Shown here: piece after piece, positions 37,369 through 49,296 of the stretch
Position numbering within the stretch: the first letter of the stretch is position 1
Layout of the letters: every line of letters begins with the position of its first letter
Assembly (NCBI GenBank): GCA_004431415.1
Contig: QPMI01000453.1
Location: 558,001 to 622,000, forward strand
Length of the DNA stretch: 64,000 nt
Direction: 5' to 3'
From: Cyanophora paradoxa CCMP329
Taxonomy: Eukaryota > Plantae > Glaucophyta
Position numbers and translations under genes: made by a program
The notes under the pieces: model-generated
What the model was told of the DNA's origin: nothing
The model's database searches: none
What the model saw: the letters and a program-made list of their open reading frames with translations, nothing else

Positions 37369-39001
37369 ATGACGAGCTTCGAGAGCCTAGCCAAGGTCCC
37401 GCAAGCCCCGCTCTCGCGGCCGGCGCCGCAGCAGCCGAGCACCGCGTTCGGCTCCCTCTTCACGGCACGGAGCCAATGCGACCAGAGCGACAGACTAAGG
37501 GAGGCGCTGCAGAACTCTCGCCTGGTGGATGAGGTCAGCTGCGCCGCCTGCAGCGGCCTGCCGGCTCCGCTGAACTTGGTCTCAGGTCGACTGCATGCTG
37601 CTGTACCTCAATGAATCGCTAGAGTTCCCGTTCAAGGCAAGATGGGAGCGGGCCGACAGGACAGGCGCGTCTTCAAATGCGCGTCCCCGCCTGTCGCCGC
37701 CGCCCCTGACGCGCTGCGCCGCCGCAGAGGAGACGGTGGAGGTCGAGGAGGCGATAGGAGCCAGCGCGGACGGAGTCGTGCTCCGCGTGAGCGGCCCTGA
37801 GCTCCCGCCGGGCTCGGACTGCAGCTCGGAAGCCTCCTTCGCGGCGAGCAGCCACGGGACGTCGCAGCTGAGCCCCGGGGCGCTGGCGGACGGCTCGCGG
37901 GCCGCGCCCGCGCACCAGCTCTTCGCCCTCGACCCGCGCTCCGTCGAGGGGACGGTCCGCGCGCGCCCCCGCAGCCTTTCGAAGCTCGAAGTCTGCCGCC
38001 CGGCGGCGCGCCTCGAGCTCACGGGGAGGGGCGGCAGGTGCTGGAGGACTACCGCGCGTGGCGGCGGGGCTGCGGCGTCGCGCACGGCCCGAGCCTGCAC
38101 CGCCTCCTGGAGGACCTGACGCTCTACAAGCACGGCGCCCGCACCTGGCCCCCCATGCGCGCCCCCCCGCCCCTCCCTTCCGCGCCGTACCCCTCACGCA
38201 GCTCCGTACAGGTACGAAGACGTCCTACAGGAGTTCCGCCGGTGGCCCAGCTTCGGGGCCGTGGCCCGGGACGGCGCAATGCCCGCGGAGGACCCGGCGC
38301 CCCTCCGGGCCGAGGTCCGGGCCCGCTACCTGGCCCCGGGCGAGGCCGCCCCGTCCCTCCCCGACGACTACACCGCAACCCTCTTCCTCTCTTCGTCCCG
38401 CGAGCGCCTCGCGCGGGTGATTCCGCCCCGTACCCCCCTCCGGGACCACGTCCGCTGCCTCCACTCGTACTTCGGATCGGCCCTCGCCTTTCCCTTCGTC
38501 GCCGCCTGGCGGGAGACGCACGTCTGGGTGCGGGGCCTCCGCCCCCCCTCGGCCCTCGGCGTTGCCCTCTCCGCCACCCTCCACCAGTCGGCGCCCGAGG
38601 GGGACGCGTTTCCTGTACCCGCCCACGAGCTGCGGGCCCCCGCCGAGGCGGGGGACACGGCGCAGGCCCGGGTACTAGCCGACTATGCCCTCTGGCACGC
38701 CTCGGCGATCCTGGTACCCCGGGAGCGGCTGGACTGTACCCTCTCCGAGTTCGACGCCGCATTGCGGCGGGACCACGCCGACCCCTCCACGGCGCGCGCC
38801 CAAGCCGCCGCGGCCGCCGGCGCCGGGGCGCCGCCCCTCGCCGCCGCCATCGAGGCCGCCCGCGTCGTCATCGCGGCCGCGGCCGCGGGCGGCGCCCCGA
38901 CGGCGGGGGTACCGGCGCCCTCGACCTGGGGCCGGGCGGCGCCGATCCGGACGGCACGAGGGCCTGGGCCCGGGGGCGCCGGCGGCCCCGGCCCTCGATG
39001 A
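37369..39001 (+). CDS. Protein with two tandem CcbP-like (cyanobacterial calcium-binding) domains
   Basis: Domain 1: LLYLNESLEFPFKARW...EETVEV...VLEDYRAW. Domain 2: LHSYFGSALAFPFVAAW...FPVPAHEL...VLADYALW. Both resemble the recalled CcbP pattern YYL..LEFPF..W...VEV...D(W/Y)..W. Confidence 0.6.
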
Positions 39002-39405
39002 GGCCCTCGCCGCGGCCCTCGGGGGGGCCTCCCTCGGCCGGCCCCGCACCGCCCGCGCCGGCCGCCGCGCCCAGGGCCCGCCTCCCGCCCTCTCCGACCC
39101 CGGGCCCGTCTTATAGGGCAAGACCGCCCTTGGATGAGTAGGGTTGTAGCTTCGAGCGTTGAAGTGTCTCTCAGAGTCTGACATCTTTCCGAACCCTCGG
39201 CGCCCCCGCCCCCCGCAAGCCTCGTGCAGGCTGCAGTTTTCAAGTTCCCAGCCAGGGGCACGGGGCTTGCCCGGGCCACCCCGCCCGCCTCCGACCCGAC
39301 CCAGCCCCCGTCCTGTGCGGCTCTCCGCGAAAGAAGCGCTTTTTACAACTGCGACACTGCCGCTCTACAAGAACCGACTGCTTCGGCGCCTTCGTTTAGA
39401 GTAGT

Positions 39406-41298
39406 TTAGTGCTTGCCGGCCGGCTTGCCCGAGGCGCGCCACTTGCGCTCCAGGCGCTGCTTCTCCTCCAGCTCGTGCTTCTTGCGCTGCGCGAGGTCCC
39501 AGTCGCCCGTGGAGAGCGCCACGAGGTCCTCGCGGAAGCGGCAGTCGCTGGGCAGCGGGTGCGGCACGGGGACGACCTTGGCCGGCCGCTGGGACTCGGC
39601 CTTCATCTCCCAGTACCTGCCGAACGTGAGATTTGATCCGATTCAAATTCGAATTCGAGGCCGCACTTCGTGCCGTCGAAGGCGAGGAGGGTGAGCCACG
39701 AGCCCTCGCCGACCACGATCGTCTCCTTGGGCGTGTTCTTGTCCCAGACGAGCGAGGGCGTCGCGCCCGTCTCGCCCTCGCCGTCCCCGGCCGCCTCAGA
39801 GCGGCGGGACGCGTCCGCGGACTCCGAGCGATCCTCGCCGTCCTCCGTCTCGAAGCGGAAGATCTGCGAGCGTAATGGAGCGTCTAAGGCGGGCGCGGCG
39901 CGGCGCGGCGCGGCGCGGTGGTGGGAGAACTGGGGCGGACCTCGGCGCGGACTGTGTCGGTGGGCTGCGCGGGCGCCGACGAAAACCACGAGGAGATCGA
40001 CTTGAGGAAGCCGCCCGTGCTCGGGTTGAACTGGAGGAGGCACCTGCCGCCCCCGCCCTCGTCGGCCCCCGGCCCCGGCTCCGGCGCGGCGCGAAAACGG
40101 GACTTGAGCGGACCCGAGCCGGTTGTCGGGGTCGGTGTACTGGGTCTCGCCGAAGAGCTCGGCGACGCGCTGGCCGAAGAGCAGGCCTCGGAGGTAGAGG
40201 TCAGGCATCGTGTAGATCACCTTCTGGCCCGTGTCCGGGAAAACGACCTCGTGGTACCCCTGGTGCTCCCTGTACCCTCCGGCGTCGGACCGCGGCGCGG
40301 CGCGGGGAGGAGCGGCCAGGCGTACACTTTAATCGTGTTGCCGCGCATGGAGGCGTTCATGTTGAGGTGGCCGTGCAGCTCCCAGGATCCGCCAGGGCCG
40401 AGCAGCTGGAAGTGGCTGACCGGCGGGTGGTGCGACGTCTGCTCGCAGAAGAGGGTCGTTCCGTCGGACATGGTAGCCTGGAACGTCTCGCCTGCGCCGG
40501 GGCCGGGGGCTCGCCTCGAGGGCCGGCGCCGAGGGGCACGGCGGCGCCGGGCGCACCGAGAATGGGGTTGAACGGCTTGCGGTTGGTGCCGATCTCCTTG
40601 TGGAAGCCGGCGACGGAGAACGCGACGACGTACTTCAAACGCTCGATGGGGTCCTTCGTGCTCTCTGTAGGGGACGCGAGGTCAAGGCCAGCGGCGCGAA
40701 GCGCTAGCGTGCGAGCTTCGTGCGCGAATGACTGAGCAAGCGCCGAGAGGGCAGAAGGATACGTGCAGCCTTGGTGAGGAGAGGCGTGTAGAGCCAGAAC
40801 TCGGCCATGCGGTCGAGGAAGGAGCGAGGCTCGAAGAAGCGGACAGGCAGCGAGACACTAGAGATCTGCCCGCCGTGGAGCAGGTTCGAGGGCAGGCTCT
40901 TGAGGAAGTCCCATCCGATTCTGGCGCGAACCTTTCCGCGTGAACGCGGGGCGCTCCCGCCAGGCAGGGCTTACGCACTTTCGCTGCTCAACGATCTCGG
41001 CGGCATTCGCGTATATGAGCCCGCTATTGCGACGTGAGCGTCAGCGGACGGCGCGAGCCCGGGAGGAGAGCGCCGCGGCTTGCCCGTTTGCGGCGCGACG
41101 GTCGTCCACCGAATCCACCTCCTCCAACGGGAAGCCCGCAACCTGGACGTCCGGGGTCTTCGAGGGACCGGCCATTCCCGAGGGGCCCCCGCCTGAGCCG
41201 ATGATCTTCGCTATTTCCTCCTCCGCAAGGCGTTGAACATCGCTGAGCTCATCTTCCGCAGGTACGATTGCTATCGGAGGCCCGGCTTTGTCCGCCAT
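39406..41298 (-). CDS. Oxysterol-binding protein (short ORP)
   Basis: VSLPVRFFEPRSFLDR, KPFNPILGETF, EQTSHHPPVS signature, LPSDCRFREDL, AQRKKHELEEKQR. Confidence 0.95.
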
Positions 41299-41532
41299 GG
41301 CCCCTGTAGGCTGCAAGAAGCTCGCGGATGGCTTTGGCCGACTTCTTCCCCCCTCCACCCGGGTACAGGTTTACGGGAAAGGCGGGAGGCCGGCGCCGCA
41401 AGCGCGCGCCGTCCTTAAGCTTGTCGTTCCTCTCTGCCCGGAGGAGCTCTTCGCAAGCTCCAAGTGCCGGGAGGCGGTCCGCGGCAGCAGCGGCCTACAA
41501 GCGCGTTGCAAGCCGACGGCAGCTGTCCGGAG

Positions 41533-42226
41533 ATGGAGGCGATACCGCGAGCTCGCTCTTTTGGCGCCATCGGGTCCCTGCATGGCAGTAAGCCCGAAGA
41601 TGTTCTGCGCCAGGAGGAGGCCCGCAAGAAGGCCTACGCGCAGGAGCTAGGTCCGTCCTCCCGCCACTATCCTTCTCTCAGCCCGATGAGCTAGCCGCGA
41701 ATGTCCGACCACCGCGCCGCGCCGCCTCCTGACGCGCCATTCCAGAGCGCCAGATCCAGGAGCGCAACGCGCGTAACCGGATGGAGAAGGAGATTGCCCG
41801 CGGCGGCAGGGACTCGTCCCCTTTCCCGCAGGCGTCCGAGCCCTACACGACGCCCAAGGGCCGGCCGTCCGCCCCGTGCGCACCCCGGAGCTCTCGCCGT
41901 GCTCTGCCCGAGCGACGCCGCGCTGACGCCTCCGCTCCGCTCGGACCGCAGGGAGCTCTACGGGGCGTACGACGCGTACGCGCCGCCGCCGCCGCGCGCC
42001 CCCTCGCAGCCCGAGGCGGGGGACCGCGGCGGCTACGGCGCGGGGCCCTCCAGCTCCTACTTCACATCGCAGCACGGCGGGCCGTCGCTGTGGCCCGCCG
42101 GCCCGGGCCCAGTCTCGCCCACCGGGGCCGCTTACGGCTCCGGGGCCGCGGCGGGGCCCAGCCCGAGCCCGCCATCCGGCCCCCCCGGGAACGCCGGCGG
42201 GTCGTGGGGCGCGTCGCCGCCGTACC

Positions 42227-42258
<32 letters not shown>

Positions 42259-43554
42259 TCGCCGTACCCTTCCGAACGGAGCCCGCCGGGGCCGCCCCCC
42301 GGGATGAGCCCCGGGCCGTACAGCGCCTACGGGTCGGGGACGCCGTCCCCCGGGGGGGACAGCCGCTTCACGCGGTTCAAGGCGGAGCAGATGGACCCGG
42401 CGGCGCAGGTGGACAAGATGCGCAAGGCGGCTCAGCAGCGGGAGATGCAGGAGGCCCTGCAGCGCCAGATCGAGGAGAAGAAGCGGCGGACGGAGGAGGA
42501 GAAGCGCGAGCGCGCGCGGCGCGAGGCCGAGGAGGAGGCGAGGCTCCAGAGGCAGCAGGAAGAGCTCCGGGCCGCCCCCGGCGAGGGCGGAGACGCCGGC
42601 AAGCGGCGCGGGAAGGCCGCGGGCGCGATGAACCCGGGCCCGGGGCCGGCTGGGACGCTCGCCGGCATCGGGAAGCCTGTGCCGCCTGGGGCGCCAGGCA
42701 GCACTTACAGCTCCGCCCCGCCCGCCGTCGGGGTACGCCAGGAGGAGGCAGGGCGCCCCCGCTGGCCCCCCCCGCCCCTCGAGGACCCCTCGGGCCCCGG
42801 GCCCGCTGCGCCCCTACCCCCCTCCCGCATCCCCCGCGCGTCCAGGTCCCGTCCCGACTCGGTGCGCTCCCGTACCCCCCTCGCTTCGGCCGAGCGCTGA
42901 GCTTTCGCCGCAGCGGTCGCCGAGCCCGCCGCGCGACAGCGGCTACGGGTACGGCACGGGCGCCTACGGCAACGGCAACGGGGGCAGCTTCGGCGCAAGC
43001 TACGGCACGGAGCGGGGCGGCGGGGGCGGAGGGGGCGGGGGAGCGAACGGGGCGGGGTACGTCGACGCCCTTAGGGAGGCGGCCCTCTCTGAGATGAAGG
43101 ACGTCATCCGGGTACGACAATTCCTAATTCCGCCCCCGCCCCCGCCTCCTACTCGCTCACGCCGATGTGCGCGCAGGAGCTGAGGGAGGAGAGGCAGGCG
43201 CTTAAGGCCCAGATCGGCGAGCAGGGCACCGCGGCGGAGCGATTCCGCGCCGAGCGCGACGCGGCGCAGCGGGAGCGAGACGCGGCGAACGGCGAGCTGA
43301 CCCGGGCCCGAAACAGTGCGCCCCGGAGCCTCTTCCTCTCTTTCTATCTTCCGACCCGCTTTTCTTTTTCGCCGCAGCGATCGCGGACCTGGAGCGGGCC
43401 CTGGCCGAGCGGGAGCGGGAGGTAGAGATACTTCGTAGGCAGCAGCGGGAGGCCGGCCCGCCCCCGGGGGTACCCATGGAGCGGCAGATCCCGGGCCCCG
43501 CCGGCGCCGGCCCCGCCTCCCCCGGCGGGCCCCTCTCGCTTTCCCCGGCCCCCT

Positions 43555-43585
<31 letters not shown>

Positions 43586-46398
43586 CGCGCGGGCCGCCGC
43601 CGCCCGCGGTGGACCCGGCGCCTCGCCCTCGCCGGCGGCTCGCCTCGGGGCCGGGGCCGGTGCCGGCGCGGCGGCCGCCGGGGGCGTGGCGGCGAGCCAG
43701 GAGCTCGTCCGGGCCTCCCTCGCGTCGGACAGCAAGCTCATCTTCCCGGACGGGCGCATCCAGACCCTCAAGAAGGGCCAGGGCTTGGCCGGGGCCGGGG
43801 CCGGCCCCGCGCAGCAGCAGCAGCTCGAGAGCTCGCTCCTCCGCATCGGGCGCCCCTCCTCCGACGCAGCCGCTGCCGGGCGGCCCTCGACCCCTTCCGA
43901 CCCGTTCTCAGTAGGGCAGGGCCAGGGGGCGGGCGCGCCCCCGTCGACCCCTGGGGCCCGCATGCTCGCCGCGTTCGCGGGGGAGAGCCGCCCCCTCTCG
44001 GCCGCCCTCCCCTCCTGGACAACCCGAGTGGACGTCGGCGTCTCCCGCATCCCTACCCCCGGCGCAATGCCCCCCCCGCCCCCGGCCTCCTCGTCCAGAT
44101 CGGCCCCCGCCTCCCCCGCCGGCCGGGCCTTCGAGCTACCCCCCTACGACCCCTCCCGCCCGCCCTCCGCGCCCCTCCCCTCCCACTCCGACGTCCTGCC
44201 GTACCCCCGCGCCCCCGCCGCCGACGCCCGGCCCCCGACGGGGTACGCCCCCCCTCTCTCTCTCTCTACCCCCCCCCCTTCTGAATCTTTCTCGCGCAGG
44301 GCCGGCGTGGGCCTCGCCTCGATCCCGGAGGGCGGAAGCGCGCACGGGAACGCCGACGCCGACTCCGACCCGCTGCTGGAGGACACGGGCGGCCAGCGGC
44401 TCTCGGCGATCCTCCGGTCCATCGAGCGGCGCATGAAGGCGCCCCTCGAGGTCGAGCTCCCGCCTGGACCTAGGGCCGCCAACGACGACGACGCCGAACT
44501 CCGGTCGCTCCGCGCCTCTTTGGACGCGTCGCTGGCGGCCGCTGCGGCCGCCACCAACGCCCTCGCGCTCGCCTCGTCGCCCCTCGCCGCCGCCGCCCCG
44601 CCCTCCCCGGCCCACCGCGGCCCTCCCATCTCCGTCTCTCCCTCCTCCGCCCGCGCCGGCTCGGCCGCGGCGCCCGCGCGGGCAGCGACGGCGGCGTCCC
44701 CGCACGGCGCGGCGGCGGGCCCGGCGGCGCGCTCGCCCCACGGCGGAGGTGGAGGCGGAGGAGGCCCATCGTTCTTCCTGCAGCCGGGCGAGTCGGCGGC
44801 GCAGACGATGGAAGCCATCCGCGCCCGCACGCCCGAGCCGCGCCCCGCCTGGGGCGCATCTTCCCCCTCCGCAGCAGCAGCCGCCGCCGCCGCGGCCCCC
44901 GCCGTCCGCGCCAGCGGACACTCGGACTGGGGCGAGGCCGAGGAGCTGGACCCTGTACCCCACGGCGACGGGGACATGCCCGGCCGGCCCGCCACGGGCG
45001 GCGCCGCCTCTTCACGGCCCCTCACCCGCGCCGGGAGCCGCCCGGGTACGGCCGAGGACCGGCCCTACACGCCCTTCTCGGTCGAGGGGGAGGGAATGGA
45101 CGAGGCCGGGGGTACCGGCGGCTCCCCCTCGGGGTACCGGGGTCGCGCGGAGTGCGCCGAGCGCCCTTCGAGCGCCTCCCGCGCGTCTCTGTACGCCGAG
45201 GACCCGGCGCTGAGGCCCCTGACCGCCGCCTCGGCCGCCTCCTCTTCTTCGCTATGGCGGGACACGGCCCCGCGCCACGCCTCCGTCGGCGCTCCGGCCT
45301 CGTCCACAGTGGGCGGCGGAGGCGGCGCCGGCGCCGCCGCCGCGACCGCGACCGCGACGAGCCTCTGGGGCAGCGGGCCCCTCGCGGCGCCCACGCTCTC
45401 CTCCGTCGGCCTCGGCGCCCCCTCCTCCTCCTCGGTGCCTTCCTTCCCTGCCTTCTTAACGAACGAACGAACAATCAAACAAACAACTAAACAAAGCCTT
45501 CATAGCCTTCTTAACACCTTCCTATCTTCCTTCTTCCTTCCTAGCTTGTCCTGACCGCGCCCGCTTCGCACTCGTGCAGAGCTCGGGACGGCGCCCGGCG
45601 CCCCGCGGGAGCGAGGGCATCGCGCAGGCGCTCGGCGGCCGCGGCCCTTCCTCTTCTTCCTCGGGCTACGGCGGCGTCGTCGGGGAGGGATCGGCCCCGG
45701 CGCGCCGCCCGCGCGGGTCGTCGTCGCCCCCGCGCCAGTCCGCCTCCCGCGGGCGCTCCCGCGGCGACGTCGATGCCGCCCCTTCTTCCTCTTCCTACCT
45801 CGCCCCGCCCTCCTCCTCCTCGTCCTCCTCCCGCCCCCGCGCCGTCTCTCCGACGCCGCAGGCACCCTCCTCCTCCTCGCGCGGCGGGCGCCCCTCCGCC
45901 GCTGCGCGCGAAGCCCCCGTCTCGCCGCCGGGCCCGGGTACCCCTCTCCGCCCCACCTCTGCCTCCGACGTCCTCGCCGCCGCCGCCCGCGCCGCTGGCG
46001 GCGCCGCCTCCTCGTCCCGATCGCTGTACCCCCCGCGGTCCCCGGAGAGCCGGCCGTGGTCGGGCGGGGACCGCCCGGCGCCGCGGCGCCTGGACAACAG
46101 CGACCTGCTCGCCAAGTACGACGAGGTCCAGAGCGCCCTCGCCCGCGCCGCCGCGGCCCGCGCCGAGGCCGCCACGTCCCGCCCCACGACCGCCGCCTCG
46201 GACAGCGGGCGGCCCAAGACCGCCCGCGGGCGTACCCCCGAGGGCGCCAGGCCCTCCCTAGGCCTGGGTGGGGACGAGACCCCGGGCCAGGGCCAGCGGG
46301 TGGTGCTTAGCGCCCGCGCGGGGCCCAGGCCCTCCGGGGGCGCCACCCGTGTGGACGACGTCCTCGCCTTTGTGGGGCCGCGCATCGCCGCGCCCTGA
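41533..46398 (+). CDS. CCDC66/CSPP1-like centrosomal/ciliary coiled-coil protein with a long low-complexity tail
   Basis: RKKAYAQEL | ERQIQER and QQREMQEALQRQIEEKKRRTEEEKRERARREAEEEARLQRQQEEL, followed by RPxT/SA-rich low-complexity exons. Confidence 0.6.
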
Positions 46399-46903
46399 AC
46401 GCTTTCATCATTTCTTAGCTAGATATAGCTTAGCTAAGCTATTGTTGGTCTCTCTGTTTCTTAGGTAGCGAGCTTAGCTTACAGCTTGGCTATTGGTCTC
46501 TGCGCCAGGCCTCACTGGGACGCCCCAGCGTCGAGCGACCGCGCTCCTAGCGCCCCCGCCGGCCTCGGAATCGATACCAGTACTAGTTTTCTGTCCTGTT
46601 TGTTCAATCGAAAGATCTAGAACGCACCACTCAGCTGCAGGTCCGACACGACGGATGCACAGAACCATGGCCACACACGAATCAGATCTAGATCTAGATC
46701 TAGAGGTCTAGCTATAGGTACGTAGAGTGAAAAGAATTCTGCCAATGATGAAAATAAACTGTGAACTGCACACTACTGTAGAGCTAACTTAGTAGTAAGG
46801 GAATGATATGGTTTCAGTCGAGAAGAAGAAAAAGGCTGAATAGGGGAAGGGCCGGCGTAACAAGTCATACTCACTGCCACGAAGCGAAGAGGGGGCCGAG
46901 GCT

Positions 46904-48860
46904 TCAGGCGGGCGGGGCGGCGGGGGCCTGGCGGAGGCCGGGGGGGGCCAAGAGGACCGCCCCGTAGCTGCGGAGGAGGTGCCGGAGGGGCGGGGGTACG
47001 GCGAAGGCTGCGGGGCGGGCCTCCGGGGCGGGTACGAGGAACGGCCCGGGGTACGCGGGGGCGGCCGAGAGCTCGTGGGCGGCGGTGCAGGCGCGGAGGC
47101 GGGCGGCGGCGAGCTCGTCCGCGTCTGCCAGAAGCGCGGCGCGGCGCTCCCGCAGCGCCGCCAGCGCCGCCGCCTCCGCCTCGTCAAAGAACGCGTTCAC
47201 GTCCGCCGCGCACTCGGCGCGCTGCCGCTCGATCGCGGCGCGCGCGGCCGAAAGCGAGGGCGACGAGGCCTGGGCCCCCCCGCCGCCCGCCGGCCGCGCC
47301 TCGGACAGCTCGAAGCCAGCTGAGGCGGCCGTCGCCTGCAGCGACTCCAGGGGTACGCTGCTCGCGTCCCGCCTCAGCTGAGCAAGGAGCGCCTCGAGCT
47401 GCGCGGCGGCCCCGCGGCCCGCCCAGTGCCTCTCCTCGCGCGGAATGAAGGGCCGGCAGCGCGCCGCGCCGTCCAGGGCGACGTAGGGCCAGCTGCAGGG
47501 CGGGCGGGGCCGCCGGGGCCGGCGGGGCAGCGACGGCGGCGAGGGGCGCGCCCCCCGGGGCGTGGCGAGGGAGGTGGAGGAGGGCGAGGCGGGCGAAAGG
47601 CACTCGCCCTGCCCTCGGAGACCGGCGGGGGCGAGCTGGCGTCGGACGGGGCGAGTGAGGGCGGCCCGCCGCCGTGCGCGCCGTCTTCCGAAGGAGGAGG
47701 GGACCGCGGGGCAGGCCGCGGCCGTTTCGCCTTGGGCGCCTCGCCCTCGAGCGGGGCCGTCGGCGGGCGCCGCTGGGCCTGGGACGACGGAGGAGGGGGG
47801 GCGGGGGCGCTGGCCGAGGCGGGCGGGAAAGGAAGGACGACAGGGGCGGCAGGGGAGGCGAGGGCTGCGGCGGCCGGCCGGGGCGCCGTGACGCGAACAA
47901 CATGGGAGCCGTCGACGGGTACGCCACTGCGACGGCGGCCCGCGGCCGGCCCACCACCGCCACCGCCGCCGCCGACGCCGCCGCTGCAGCCGCCGCCGCC
48001 CGAGGCGTCACGGGCTGGGCCGAGACCGCAACGACCGCCGGCCGCGCGACGACGGTAACGGGCACGGGGGCCGTGCTGCCGGGACGCGGGGCTCTCCTCT
48101 GCACCGCCGACACGACGGGCCGCGCAGCCTTCTCCACCCTCTCCTCCTCTCCCTCGCTCTTCACATCGTGCGCGGCCCGTCGCTCGACGGCCGCCGGAGC
48201 TTCCCGCGCCGGCCGCGCCTCGGCGGGGCGTGGCGGTTCCTGTGGCAGCTGCGGCTGCGGCGGCGGCTGCGGCGGTGCGTGCTGCGCGCTGCCGTCTCGC
48301 AGCGCTGCGTCCGCCTCCGCAACTGCGACGGCGAACTTCCGCGCGAGCGACTTGGAGCTGATCTTCTGATTCCGGAGCTCCGGGTGGTCCTCAAAGTTCT
48401 TCACCTTCGCCGCGTATCCTGCGGCGCAAGCGGACCGTCAGCAGCGCTTCGAGGCACGTGAATGACTCTGCGCGGGGCCGCGATGGCGCCTGGTGCGGCG
48501 GGGGGCACGCATGCGGACCGTAGATCGACGACTCTTGCTCCCCGCAATAGGCAACCACCACGCGCCCCTCCTTCCCAGCTTTCAGCGTGCCTGAAGCCTG
48601 CAGCTGTGCCACCAGCGCCGGTGCGCACAGTACGGCCGGCCAGAAGGGCCTGCACGGGCGGGTCAGATCGGCGCGTTCCCGCGCATTCCGCGCCACCCCC
48701 GTTTTGGAGGGCGTGAGCGGAGCGCATGTCATACGCACCAAGCGCCGCTGTCATCGAGCGCCCTGCGCTGCGCGTTAGCCAGGCGACCGAGGGCGCTGCC
48801 GGCAGCGTCGGAGCCCGCCGCTCACCAAACCAGGCGAATCCCCTCGTCCGCTATCTCCAT
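46904..48860 (-). CDS. PWWP-domain protein
   Basis: LVW | VRM...G | PFWPAVLC...VVVAYCGE...VKNFEDH...KFAVAVAEA, then low-complexity and coiled-coil exons. Confidence 0.65.
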
Positions 48861-49296
48861 GCCCCCCGGAGGGCTCTTACTTCGCGCTCTAGCTATCTCC
48901 GCATGCCTTCCGCTCGCAACGCTCTCGCTACGTCGAAGTCTTGGTCGACGTCGCGTGTATACGTATCCCCCTCGACTCGGCGAGCTCAGAACTCGGGAGA
49001 ACGCTCAGCCGGCGCCAGCGCCGCCGGCGGCCGGCGCTAGCGCTGTATACGCCTGCAAGCCTGCAAGCCTGCGCTGCATGTATACACCGGCGCTAGCGCG
49101 AGCGCTGCAAGCCTGCAACTGTACATGTGTGCACGTGGCTCGATCATGATCTAAGCGCCGCGCTCTGCACTCGATGACGCTCGTATGATATTCTCTGCAG
49201 GCAACAGCACACACGCACAGCCTGCACGTTAACGCTCTCAGCTGCAGGCCAGAGGCCTATAGGCCTAGGCCTAGGCTGGACAGGCGCCGGCGCCTC

